64,000 nt of DNA from Lachnoclostridium sp. (lineage in GTDB: Bacteria > Bacillota > Clostridia > Lachnospirales > Lachnospiraceae). This document shows, in pieces, positions 1 through 8,774 of the stretch. The number at the start of each line of letters is the position of its first letter. Positions within the stretch are counted from its first letter, which is position 1. Location: contig JAMPEY010000007.1 of assembly GCA_023664665.1 (NCBI GenBank), positions 14,899 to 78,898 of the forward strand, written 5' to 3'. The translations under genes and the position numbers were made by a program. The notes below the pieces were generated by a model. The model saw nothing but the letters and a program-made list of their open reading frames with translations. It had not been told where the DNA came from and made no database searches.

Positions 1-7
1 TTTCCAA

Positions 8-727
8 ATGGCGTCCACAGGCGAAGCGGGTATGGGCAGCGTGCGGGTTCCCCGCTCTTTCAACCGCTGCAACTTAAAGGGTAAAGATATTACCTCCCTC
101 ACCAGAGACACCGTTGTCACCGGACAGCTGGTGGATGATCAACTGTATCTGCTGACGGCAGGAAGCCAAAATCCCGTTTTTTATAAAATGAACACGGATA
201 AATCGAACCGGGTGGATCTGGCAGACTACAATATCAACCCCGCCTGTGTGGCAAACAGCACGATTTATTACAGCGGCACCCAAAGCGACCACTATCTCTA
301 TTCCTTAAATACCACAACGGATATTTCCTCTGTGGTGTGGGAGGGCAATTTATGCTATCCTGTCATAGATGGGGATTATGTGTACTATATGGACATGGGA
401 AATGATTATAGGATATGCCGCTATTCCATGTCTCAGGGAGTTGTTGAAGTTCTGACCAATGACCGCGCCGATTGCTTTAATGTGGGTTCCGGCTATGTGT
501 ATTACCAGAAAAACGGCAGAGATCCTCAATTAATCTGCATGCGCACGGACGGCTCCGACAAAAAGGTGGTGGCAGTAGGCAATTTTACTCATATCAATAT
601 GACATCACGCTATGCCTATTTTCAGGATTTCTCAGACGAAACCACCCTGTACCACACCTATCTGGGCAGCGATTATGCGGAAGTCTTTTACGGGGCTCAG
701 GTAATGGGAGAAGCAGAAGCAAAATAG
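8..727 (+). CDS. DUF5050-like beta-propeller repeat protein (repeated D-Y-V-Y-Y motifs); probably 5'-partial, the frame is open to the window edge
   Basis: Repeated ~45-aa units each with a YVYY/YAYF motif typical of DUF5050/YWTD-like propellers. No stop codon between position 1 and the first ATG. Confidence 0.45.
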   Translation: MASTGEAGMGSVRVPRSFNRCNLKGKDITSLTRDTVVTGQLVDDQLYLLTAGSQNPVFYKMNTDKSNRVDLADYNINPACVANSTIYYSGTQSDHYLYSLNTTTDISSVVWEGNLCYPVIDGDYVYYMDMGNDYRICRYSMSQGVVEVLTNDRADCFNVGSGYVYYQKNGRDPQLICMRTDGSDKKVVAVGNFTHINMTSRYAYFQDFSDETTLYHTYLGSDYAEVFYGAQVMGEAEAK

Positions 728-729
728 CT

Positions 730-1125
730 TCACTCCTCGATATGGTCAAGCCCCTGACTTAAGATGGTTACGATATGAGCATCCGCCGGCGCATAAAAAA
801 TGGTCTTGCCTTCCCTTCGGTTTTTCACAAGTCCCATCTGCTTTAACACACGAAGCTGATGGGATATGGCTGATTGGGAGATTCCTAACAGATTTGCGAT
901 ATCATAAACACACATTTCCGAACACAAAAGGGCGTTTAAGATTTTTAACCGGGTGACATCCCCAAACACCTTAAAGAAGTCCGCAAGCTCCTGCAGTTCC
1001 TCCTCCGGCGGCATCTTCTCTTCCACCTTGTCTATAATTTTCCGATTGAGATGCATATATGAATTTTCTTCCATGGGTAACTCCTTTTTCCATGATTCTG
1101 CGCCAGCAGAATCATTATACCTCAT
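730..1125 (-). CDS. ArsR/SmtB family metalloregulator-type transcriptional regulator
   Basis: Winged-HTH signature LKILNALL..C..CVYDIANLLGISQSAISHQLRVLKQMGLV. Start codon overlaps the apbE stop as ATGA, suggesting translational coupling. Confidence 0.8.
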   Translation of the reverse strand: MRYNDSAGAESWKKELPMEENSYMHLNRKIIDKVEEKMPPEEELQELADFFKVFGDVTRLKILNALLCSEMCVYDIANLLGISQSAISHQLRVLKQMGLVKNRREGKTIFYAPADAHIVTILSQGLDHIEE

Positions 1126-2153
1126 TTTTCCGGTTTCGACAAACTAAAATATGACTGCATCCCTTCGGTCATGGAAATGCTGCCGTCCTCTCTCACAAAA
1201 AGCGCCTCCACGCCATACCGTTCCGCCAGCTCCATGCCTTTTTCTTCTCCCAGAACAAAACATGCGGTGGACAGAGCGTCGCTTAAAAAACCGTTCTTCG
1301 TCAGAATCGTGACGCTGCGGATGCCGCTTTGTGCGGGATATCCGGTTGCCGGGTCAATCAGATGATGATACCGAACGCCGTCTGCCTCCACATATCTCTC
1401 ATAATCTCCGGAAGTGGAAACACAACACTGTCCCGTGAGGGTTAAAACGCCGATACTGCCTCCTTGATTCTCAGGGTCTGCAATGGCGATCTTCCAAGGA
1501 CTTTTATCCGGCTTTTCCCCATAGGTCAATATGCTTCCTCCCACGGAGATAACTGCTCCCATTACCTCCCTTTCCTGCAGCAGGGCAAGGATTTCATCTA
1601 AAGCAATGCCTTTCCCCACAGCCCCCAAATCCAGAGCCATGCCCTCCGGCACACGGATACCATGGTTTTCCAAGGTCAGCTTTTCATATCCTGCCAGGGC
1701 AAGAGTCTCGGATAATTCGGTCTGAGCCGGAAGCCGGAACGAAGAATCCGGATTATCCGTGCTCATGCCCGCCCACGAATCGATATCCCAGAGTCCGACC
1801 ACTTCTCCTATGGTAATATCAAAGGCGCCCTCCGAATTCTCAGATATCTCCAGACATCTTGACAAAACCTCCTCCATTTCGGGAGTAAGGGGGATTTCGG
1901 CTTCTTTTCCCGCTTCCCCGTTAATGTCAAAAATCTCCGAACCTTCGACTCTTTTGGAAAGTGATTCTGTTTCCAGCCTTCGGATGCATGTCAGAACTTC
2001 ATCCGTGAAATCTTCCTTTGCATAAATCTGTTGGATGATTACCGTTCCCATGGCAGTATCTGTGTCAGTGTAATGTCTTGGACTTGTCCTGCCGCACCCG
2101 GTCAGGAATAGTACAAAACAGATGAAAAACAGCCGATAGAAAAATTTTGTCAT
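1122..2153 (-). CDS. apbE: FAD:protein FMN transferase ApbE, lipoprotein
   Basis: Lipobox LFLTGC at the N-terminus. Length and conserved ApbE motifs, e.g. DLGAVGKG, ILTLTGQCCVSTSGDYERY and HHLIDPATGYP. Confidence 0.85.
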   Translation of the reverse strand: MTKFFYRLFFICFVLFLTGCGRTSPRHYTDTDTAMGTVIIQQIYAKEDFTDEVLTCIRRLETESLSKRVEGSEIFDINGEAGKEAEIPLTPEMEEVLSRCLEISENSEGAFDITIGEVVGLWDIDSWAGMSTDNPDSSFRLPAQTELSETLALAGYEKLTLENHGIRVPEGMALDLGAVGKGIALDEILALLQEREVMGAVISVGGSILTYGEKPDKSPWKIAIADPENQGGSIGVLTLTGQCCVSTSGDYERYVEADGVRYHHLIDPATGYPAQSGIRSVTILTKNGFLSDALSTACFVLGEEKGMELAERYGVEALFVREDGSISMTEGMQSYFSLSKPEK

Positions 2154-2341
2154 ATGCTGTCACCTCTGCGTATTTCCTCAAATTCCGCAATCCACTCATA
2201 AATATAATATACATTAAGCCGGCATTCCTATCAAGAAATTTGTGAAATTCCCGCTGCCGTATGCTATAGCTATAGAACCCCTTTCTATGTTATAATATTA
2301 CTTATCGGAAGATTACCAAAAACGGAGGATTCAGCTTACAG

Positions 2342-2752
2342 ATGAAGTACAAAAAATTACAGGGAGAGCACAAATACATAACAGTTGCTATTTTAATGTC
2401 ACTTACTGTTTTTCTGCTGGCTCTCATCTGCATTTTATGGATTTTCCGCCCTGTTTCCCCGAAAGAAACCGTTGCGGATATTTACCAAAACGGGCGTTTA
2501 CTGCAAAGCATCCCTTTAAATACGGCAAAAGAACCTTTTTCTTTTACCGTCACAGGGGAAAATGCCTGTTTCAATGAAATCACGGTGAAAGACGGCGGCA
2601 TCTGCATCAGCGGCGCCAGTTGTCCCGACAAGCTCTGTATGCATCAGGGTTACATCCGCTCTTCCCTTCTGCCCATTACCTGTCTGCCCAACCGATTGGT
2701 GATTCAAGTACGGGAAACGGGCGATAACGCCCCCGATATGATTACTTATTGA
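2342..2752 (+). CDS. NusG domain II-containing membrane-anchored protein
   Basis: N-terminal TM helix followed by a small beta domain with a CxxxxC pair. Classic partner of Gx transporter genes. ATG at 2342. Confidence 0.55.
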   Translation: MKYKKLQGEHKYITVAILMSLTVFLLALICILWIFRPVSPKETVADIYQNGRLLQSIPLNTAKEPFSFTVTGENACFNEITVKDGGICISGASCPDKLCMHQGYIRSSLLPITCLPNRLVIQVRETGDNAPDMITY

Positions 2753-2781
2753 TAAATTCCTCTGCAAGAAAGGTGGAGCTT

Positions 2782-3339
2782 ATGAATGTTTTTCCCTTAA
2801 AACGCCTGACTGTCCTGAGCCTATTTTCCGCCCTGTCTCTGGCGGTCTTTGCCATAGAAAGCGCCATTCCTCCCCTTGTGCCCATTCCCGGCGTCAAGCT
2901 GGGAATCGCCAATATCATAACCCTGATTGTCATAAGCAATTATTCGGACCGGGACGCCCTCTTGGTGCTTCTTGTGCGGATTGTGCTGTCTTCCCTTTTC
3001 TTCGGGCAGGCTATGAGCTTCCTCTACAGCTTGACGGGAGGCCTTTTGTGCCTGCTTGCCATGGGACTTGCAAACCGCGCCCTCCGGGGACATTTTCTGT
3101 TTCTTACAAGCATTTTCGGAGCCATTTTCCACAATCTGGGGCAAATCGGAGTCGCCCTGCTCCTGACTTCCACCTTGGGAGTGGCTGCCTATCTGCCCTT
3201 TTTAATCTTAAGCGGTATCATCACCGGGCTTTTCACCGGACTTTGCGCCGGTTTTCTCAATTGTTATCTAACGCCTCTAACATCCGGCTCACGGTCTGTC
3301 CGGTCAGAGGATGACGGTAATTGGGGGCAATCTCACTGA
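2782..3339 (+). CDS. Gx transporter family protein (often misannotated heptaprenyl diphosphate synthase component I)
   Basis: Polytopic membrane protein with IESAIPPLVPIPGVKLGIANIITLIV. RBS AAAGGTGGAG precedes the ATG at 2782. The 3' end overlaps folBK convergently by ~80 nt. Confidence 0.6.
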   Translation: MNVFPLKRLTVLSLFSALSLAVFAIESAIPPLVPIPGVKLGIANIITLIVISNYSDRDALLVLLVRIVLSSLFFGQAMSFLYSLTGGLLCLLAMGLANRALRGHFLFLTSIFGAIFHNLGQIGVALLLTSTLGVAAYLPFLILSGIITGLFTGLCAGFLNCYLTPLTSGSRSVRSEDDGNWGQSH

Positions 3340-4102
3340 GGGGCTTTAACACAAAATAGCGGTTTTGTAAATCTATATGGGGAATCACCAGTTCGTCGTC
3401 CTCATACACCAGCTTATCATAAAAAAGAATATCCAAATCCAGCGTTCTGGGACCCCAGCGCAGAGTTCGTTCCCGCCCCGCCGCCTGCTCCAGCTCATGC
3501 AACACCGCAAGCAGATTTTTAGGCGAAAGCAGTGTTTTCACCTCGACTGCCCCATTTAAAAAATCCTCCTGTTCCACACCGCCGTAAGGTTTTGTAGTTA
3601 AAAGTTCTGATATTTTGCATATTTTTGTATGGGATTTGGAGTCCAATGTCTCCAGTGCGTTTCTGATAAAGGCTTCCCTGTCCCCCATATTGGAACCTAC
3701 GGACAAGTAAACCCTGTGCCAGCCCCTGTGTATCTGAACCGAGACGGAGCCAAAGGGAAGCCCGATGGGCGCTTTGGGCTTACGGATTTCCAACGCAACC
3801 TCCTCTATCAGGGGAAATTCGCACAAAATCGCTTTCGCCAGCTCCTCCGCCACGGCTTCCAGCAGTTTATAAGTATGGCTCTGCATCCATTCGGCAATAA
3901 AATGACAAACCTCGCCGTAATCCGTGGAAAACTCCAACTCATCCGTGACGCCTGCCGGAAAAGTATCCCCATATAGCGTGGCATTGACATAAAAAAGCTG
4001 TCCTTTCTCCTGTTCCTCAGGATATACACCGTGATGAGCGAATATCTCCAACTCTTCTATTTTGATTTTATCTTTCGTTACCTGATAGCACATATTTTCC
4101 AT
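3257..4102 (-). CDS. folK: Bifunctional dihydroneopterin aldolase / 6-hydroxymethyl-7,8-dihydropterin pyrophosphokinase (FolB-FolK fusion)
   Basis: N-terminal FolB motifs (ELEIFAHHGVYPEEQEKGQLF). C-terminal HPPK motifs (YLSVGSNMGD, GPRTLDLDIL). Confidence 0.85.
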   Translation of the reverse strand: MENMCYQVTKDKIKIEELEIFAHHGVYPEEQEKGQLFYVNATLYGDTFPAGVTDELEFSTDYGEVCHFIAEWMQSHTYKLLEAVAEELAKAILCEFPLIEEVALEIRKPKAPIGLPFGSVSVQIHRGWHRVYLSVGSNMGDREAFIRNALETLDSKSHTKICKISELLTTKPYGGVEQEDFLNGAVEVKTLLSPKNLLAVLHELEQAAGRERTLRWGPRTLDLDILFYDKLVYEDDELVIPHIDLQNRYFVLKPLSEIAPNYRHPLTGQTVSRMLEALDNN

Positions 4103-4114
4103 TTGGCTCCTCTC

Positions 4115-5029
4115 TTATGACGCTTCCGCTTTTAGAACCGCCTCAGCCATGCGGATAGCCCGGACATTCTCTTTAACATCATGCACCCGCACAAAACTAC
4201 AGCCCTTCATTACCCCGATCACGGAAGCTGCCAGAGTTCCTTCCAGACATTCTGCCGGCGGAAGATGTAATGTTCTGCCGATCACGGATTTCCGGCTGCA
4301 TCCCAATAAAACCGGAAAATCGAGGGCTTTCAGACTTTCCAGCGCATTCAGTATTTCCAGATTGTTCTCATAGGTTTTGCCAAAGCCAATACCGGGGTCC
4401 AGAATGATTTTTTCCCTTGCAATCCGCGCCCGCTCCGCAATCTTTACGGTATCGGCCAAATCTGCCAGCACATCCTGTATGACATTTCTATAGTCCGCCT
4501 GTTTTCTGTTGTGCATAAGACAGCAGGGCAGACCGCTTTCTGCAATCACCGACGCCATTTTTTCGTCATATTTTAATCCCCAGATATCATTAATCAGGTC
4601 AACTCCCCCACGGATTCCCGCGGATGCCACCCCGCTCTTGTAGGTATCCAAAGAGACAGGAATGTCAAAGCGTGCCCGAATGGCCTCAATCACAGGCAAA
4701 ACTCTGGAAATCTCCTCTTCTTCCGACACAAAATCCGCGCCCGGTCTGGTGGATTCTCCTCCCACATCCACTATATCCACGCCTTCCTCCAGCATGGTTT
4801 CCACATGATAAAGCGCCCGGTCTCTGTCATTCCATCTGCCCCCGTCCGAAAAGGAATCCGGTGTTACATTCAGAATGCCCATGATATAAGTATGCTCTTT
4901 TGTGTCAAACTCCCGATTGCCGATTTTCATGCTAACCCCCATTCCGCCTCCGGCGGCTTTCGTATCCGATTGGCAATATCCTGCATTTTTTATAATTTTA
5001 TTTTCAGGTTTTTCTTTCCTGCCTTCCAA
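4115..5029 (-). CDS. folP: Dihydropteroate synthase (true start probably the internal Met near 4943)
   Basis: GILNVTPDSFSDGG pterin-binding signature. Full DHPS TIM-barrel length. Confidence 0.9.
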   Translation of the reverse strand: MEGRKEKPENKIIKNAGYCQSDTKAAGGGMGVSMKIGNREFDTKEHTYIMGILNVTPDSFSDGGRWNDRDRALYHVETMLEEGVDIVDVGGESTRPGADFVSEEEEISRVLPVIEAIRARFDIPVSLDTYKSGVASAGIRGGVDLINDIWGLKYDEKMASVIAESGLPCCLMHNRKQADYRNVIQDVLADLADTVKIAERARIAREKIILDPGIGFGKTYENNLEILNALESLKALDFPVLLGCSRKSVIGRTLHLPPAECLEGTLAASVIGVMKGCSFVRVHDVKENVRAIRMAEAVLKAEAS

Positions 5030-5472
5030 TTACAGTTTTTCTCCTCGGTACAGGCAAAACAGGCCCGGCTGGCTTTGTCCGCCCGATACAATATTCCCTT
5101 AAGGTTCCGCTCACCCGCCGACTTTTCATCCCGATGTCCAAGAATCGCTTCCACAATTCTACGGCTTTCTTCCTCCGAAAAATCACAGTCTTTTAAAATA
5201 ACAGGTGCAATTTCTGCCCCTGCCATTTCATGGGGAGTTCCGTCCTCATATTGTATATGTTTTCCCAAATCATGTAAAAGCGCCGCGGCATAAATCCATT
5301 CTCTGTCCAGCTCCGGCTCTTCCTCCAGACGAAGGATTTCTCCGATTCTTGCCACATCCAAAAAATGCGCCATATCATGACGGCAGAAGCGTCTGTCCGC
5401 TTCTGCCTCCTGATTTTTTCTTAAATGATGCAAAAATAAGTCATGATTTAATATTTTATCTATTCTATCCAT
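4990..5472 (-). CDS. HD-domain phosphohydrolase embedded in the folate operon
   Basis: H..HD..K metal-binding motif (LLHDLGKH), ~160 aa. Lies between folE and folP on the same strand. Confidence 0.7.
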   Translation of the reverse strand: MDRIDKILNHDLFLHHLRKNQEAEADRRFCRHDMAHFLDVARIGEILRLEEEPELDREWIYAAALLHDLGKHIQYEDGTPHEMAGAEIAPVILKDCDFSEEESRRIVEAILGHRDEKSAGERNLKGILYRADKASRACFACTEEKNCNWKAGKKNLKIKL

Positions 5473-5582
5473 GTTTCACTCATTTCTTTTATTCCAAAAG
5501 ACACACAGCCTGATTATCCATAAGACGAACCACCATTCGCCAGATGAAATTTATCCGCCTTATGACAATACAGGCAGGAATC

Positions 5583-6140
5583 TCAAAGCTTCAACATTTT
5601 ATAGAACTGCTCCTGTAATTTTGCGTCTTCCTGAAAAACTCCCCTGACGGCAACACTGACGGTCTTGCTTCCGGGCTTTTTTATGCCCCTCATGGTCATA
5701 CACATATGTTCCGCTTCCAGCATTACCATAACACCCCGGGGCGCCAGATGCTCCATAATGGCGTCGGCAATCTGCCCCGTCATCTGCTCCTGTATCTGGA
5801 GTCTCTTGGCATAAGTCTCTACCGTTCTGGCAATCTTGCTCAGTCCCACCACCTTGCCGTCCGGAATATATGCCACATGGGCTTTTCCGTAAAAAGGCAT
5901 CAGATGGTGCTCACAGGTGGAATAAAATACAATGTCCTTCTCTAAAACCATCTCGTTATGCCGGACAGAAAATACTTTGGACAAATGCTCCGCTGCATCT
6001 TCTTCCATTCCGCCGTAAATTTCCTCATACATTCTGGCAATCCGGTCTGGCGTTTCCTTAAGGCCTTCCCTGTTTATGTCTTCTCCGATTCCCTCTAATA
6101 AGAGCTTCACACCTTCTTTTATCTTTTCATGGTCTACCAT
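5583..6140 (-). CDS. folE: GTP cyclohydrolase I
   Basis: [10 protein letters not shown] and RLQIQE motifs. 185 aa. Confidence 0.92.
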   Translation of the reverse strand: MVDHEKIKEGVKLLLEGIGEDINREGLKETPDRIARMYEEIYGGMEEDAAEHLSKVFSVRHNEMVLEKDIVFYSTCEHHLMPFYGKAHVAYIPDGKVVGLSKIARTVETYAKRLQIQEQMTGQIADAIMEHLAPRGVMVMLEAEHMCMTMRGIKKPGSKTVSVAVRGVFQEDAKLQEQFYKMLKL

Positions 6141-6233
6141 GGTCAGCCTCCACGCTACGACTGCTTTTAGAAATAACTGACATCAAAATCTCGTCAGGGA
6201 TGCGTAGCCGTCCTTTGCACAAGAATCCGCCTT

Positions 6234-7532
6234 CTATGAAGCATGCTCTGCAATCGCAATCAACTTTCCCAAATAAGAAAGGGAACCAAATGCCAATATG
6301 ACATCCTCACTGCCTGCCAGCAGCATGCTCATCTCCACCGCTTCTTCCAGACTGTCCACCGCCGTCACATCAGGATGCACCAAAGCAATCTCTTTTGCCA
6401 GCTCATAAGCCGGCAGCGCCCGCGCATTGTCCGGCGGCGTCACCGTAATTATCTGGTCCGCATATTTGTGGGTCAGGCTTATGATTTTTTCATACTCCTT
6501 GTCCTTCAATACTCCCATTATATAAATAATTCTCTTATTTGTAAAATAGAATTCTATAGAATTTGCAAGTTTTTGCGCCGCATCTTCGTTGTGGGCGCCG
6601 TCCACAATAAAAAGGGGCTTTTTTCTGATAACCTCAAAACGCCCCCTCCATTCGGTTTCCTTAAGCCCCCTGCGCAAATCCTCTTCCTTCACCGCAAATC
6701 CCCGGTCGGTCAAAGAACGCACCGCCTCCACCGCCAGTATGGCATTGTCAATCTGAAACTGCCCTGCCAGCGTAATCTCCAGATTTTTCATGCCGTCATA
6801 GTCAAATTTCTGCCTCCCGATGCCAAAGCGAATGCGGCCAGCCTTTGTCCCATCCGCTATAGTGAGCGGACACTGCTTTTCCCGCGCCGCTCGTTCTATC
6901 ACATCCATAACTATGGGCTGCTGTTTCATGACTACTACCCGGCATCCTTCTTTGATGATTCCGACTTTCTGCGCCGCAATTTTGTCCAGAGTATTGCCCA
7001 GAAATTTCATATGATCCATTCCCACAGATGAAATAACAGATGTTATTGTTGTGGTAATCAGATTGGTAGCGTCCTCTGTTCCTCCCATTCCCGTCTCCAA
7101 AACCACAATATCGCAGCCTTTTTTCCGAAAATACCGGAATGCCAGCGCCGTTTCCGCCTCAAAAAGCGTGGGAGCGGCAAATCCTTCCGCCGTCATCTCT
7201 TCACAGATAAGCTTGATGATTTCCAATCCCTCGCAGAGCGCCGCTTTGGAAATGGGCTTCTCGTTTACCTGAATCTTCTCCCGATACTCAAAAATAACCG
7301 GAGAAAAATATCTTCCCACCTTGTATCCCGCACATTGTAACACGGTCGAGATATAAGCAAGGACAGAGCCCTTGCCGTTGGTTCCCGCAATATGCACGAA
7401 TTTCAGCTCATTTTGGGGATTTCCCAGCCGCCTGCACAACTCCTTTATACTGTCAAGCCCCGGCACTATACCATGGGCGCTCAAAGATTCCACATATTCC
7501 ATTGCCTGTCTGTAATTCACACTAACCCTCAT
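6234..7532 (-). CDS. folC: Dihydrofolate synthase / folylpolyglutamate synthase
   Basis: HIAGTNGKGS P-loop. Mur-ligase family architecture. Confidence 0.9.
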   Translation of the reverse strand: MRVSVNYRQAMEYVESLSAHGIVPGLDSIKELCRRLGNPQNELKFVHIAGTNGKGSVLAYISTVLQCAGYKVGRYFSPVIFEYREKIQVNEKPISKAALCEGLEIIKLICEEMTAEGFAAPTLFEAETALAFRYFRKKGCDIVVLETGMGGTEDATNLITTTITSVISSVGMDHMKFLGNTLDKIAAQKVGIIKEGCRVVVMKQQPIVMDVIERAAREKQCPLTIADGTKAGRIRFGIGRQKFDYDGMKNLEITLAGQFQIDNAILAVEAVRSLTDRGFAVKEEDLRRGLKETEWRGRFEVIRKKPLFIVDGAHNEDAAQKLANSIEFYFTNKRIIYIMGVLKDKEYEKIISLTHKYADQIITVTPPDNARALPAYELAKEIALVHPDVTAVDSLEEAVEMSMLLAGSEDVILAFGSLSYLGKLIAIAEHAS

Positions 7533-7756
7533 TTCTGAGCGACTTGTCGCGAAGAGATGCCATCAAGGCTATTTGTTTTCGCCCGGAAACAAATAGCAAT
7601 ATACAATTCCCGCATGTACCGCAGACTTGCGCCTATGATACTGCTAACAATAAAAAAACTGCCTGAAAATGTTTAATTTCATGTCAAAAAACCCATACTA
7701 TCCTTACTCACACTATTCCACAATTTGGTTTACGACTTAATCATAGAAAGGAAAGA

Positions 7757-8182
7757 ATGAATTTTCTCAAAAAATTAAAACAAGACTTTATATTCTGCGG
7801 CGTCGCCGGATGGTGCATGGAAATCATCTTTACGGCTCTCGCCGCTCTGCGGCGCAGGGATTTCAAACTAAAAGGAACTACCTCCCTCTGGATGTTTCCC
7901 ATCTACGGAAGCGTGGCATTCCTCTCACCCATCATGAAACTGTTAAAGAAAAAGCTCGTATGGCTCCGGGGATTTACTTATATGGCTCTGATTTTTTCCG
8001 CGGAATATACCGCCGGTTCCCTGTTAAACAGGCTCAGGCTCTGCCCTTGGGACTACCGCCGCAGCCGCTTTCACATCAAGCGCATTATTCGTTTGGATTA
8101 TGCCCCTAATTGGTTCGGCGCAGGGCTGTTATTTGAATATCTGCTCCGACGAAGAAACCGCCCAAAAAGGACGGTTTCTTAA
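7757..8182 (+). CDS. Small polytopic membrane protein, PF06541-like (putative ABC-transporter type IV family)
   Basis: WMFPIYG and PWDYR motifs in a ~140 aa, 4-TM protein. Confidence 0.4.
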   Translation: MNFLKKLKQDFIFCGVAGWCMEIIFTALAALRRRDFKLKGTTSLWMFPIYGSVAFLSPIMKLLKKKLVWLRGFTYMALIFSAEYTAGSLLNRLRLCPWDYRRSRFHIKRIIRLDYAPNWFGAGLLFEYLLRRRNRPKRTVS

Positions 8183-8183
8183 A

Positions 8184-8564
8184 TCACACATCATCCACAT
8201 CACCGATTTCTCCCGAGCCGATATCCAGCATATTCACGGTGCGCCTCTTCAATCTTGCCGCTTCGGATTCTTTTAAAATAAACTCTTTAATCACCTTAGA
8301 ATTTTTGATGTGAAGAAGCATCAGCTTCGGGTGGGTAGTATCACCGGTATAACAGGTAACAGTGCCCAATTTGAACATTTTCTCAAACAGCGTTGCGGAA
8401 TGCTCCACATCCTGCACCTTATACATATAGCAGTCGTTCTCCACCGTCTTTAACAGTCCTGCGGAAATAGTAATCACATCATCTTTGATTGTATACTTGG
8501 TAAAAGTAAAGGGCAGACCCAAAAAAATCCACCGTTTTCTTTCTATAAAAGCTACTTCGCCCAT
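8184..8564 (-). CDS. Bacterial PH (bPH_2, YdbS/YdbT-like) domain protein
   Basis: ITISAGLL..........V..A..........LGTV motif pattern of bPH_2. Confidence 0.5.
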   Translation of the reverse strand: MGEVAFIERKRWIFLGLPFTFTKYTIKDDVITISAGLLKTVENDCYMYKVQDVEHSATLFEKMFKLGTVTCYTGDTTHPKLMLLHIKNSKVIKEFILKESEAARLKRRTVNMLDIGSGEIGDVDDV

Positions 8565-8687
8565 TTTTTCCTCCCTTGTGTGAAATATTTGTAGATAAAT
8601 ACATTATAATCCATATCCGCACTTTATGCAAGTCACCAACCCCGATGCAAGCCGCTTGACTCGTTACTCGCGGGAATCAATTCCCCC

Positions 8688-8745
8688 TGCATGCAGTTTG
8701 TATGCGGTTTATATGCAGTTTGCATGCGGTTTGCGCGCATTTCGC
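8688..8745. repeat. Degenerate tandem ~12-bp repeat (TGCATGCGGTTT / TATGCAGTTTG x4-5) in an intergenic region
   Basis: Read directly between the bPH gene start and the end of the 330-aa membrane-protein gene. Preceded by the GGGAAT-ca-ATTCCC palindrome. Confidence 0.5.
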
Positions 8746-8774
8746 TTGTATTACACATAGGACCCGTTTTGCGG

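Noticed and set aside
6243-7031. 262-aa plus-strand ORF antisense to folC
   Set aside because: Arg/His-rich shadow ORF. folC on the opposite strand has unambiguous Mur-ligase motifs.
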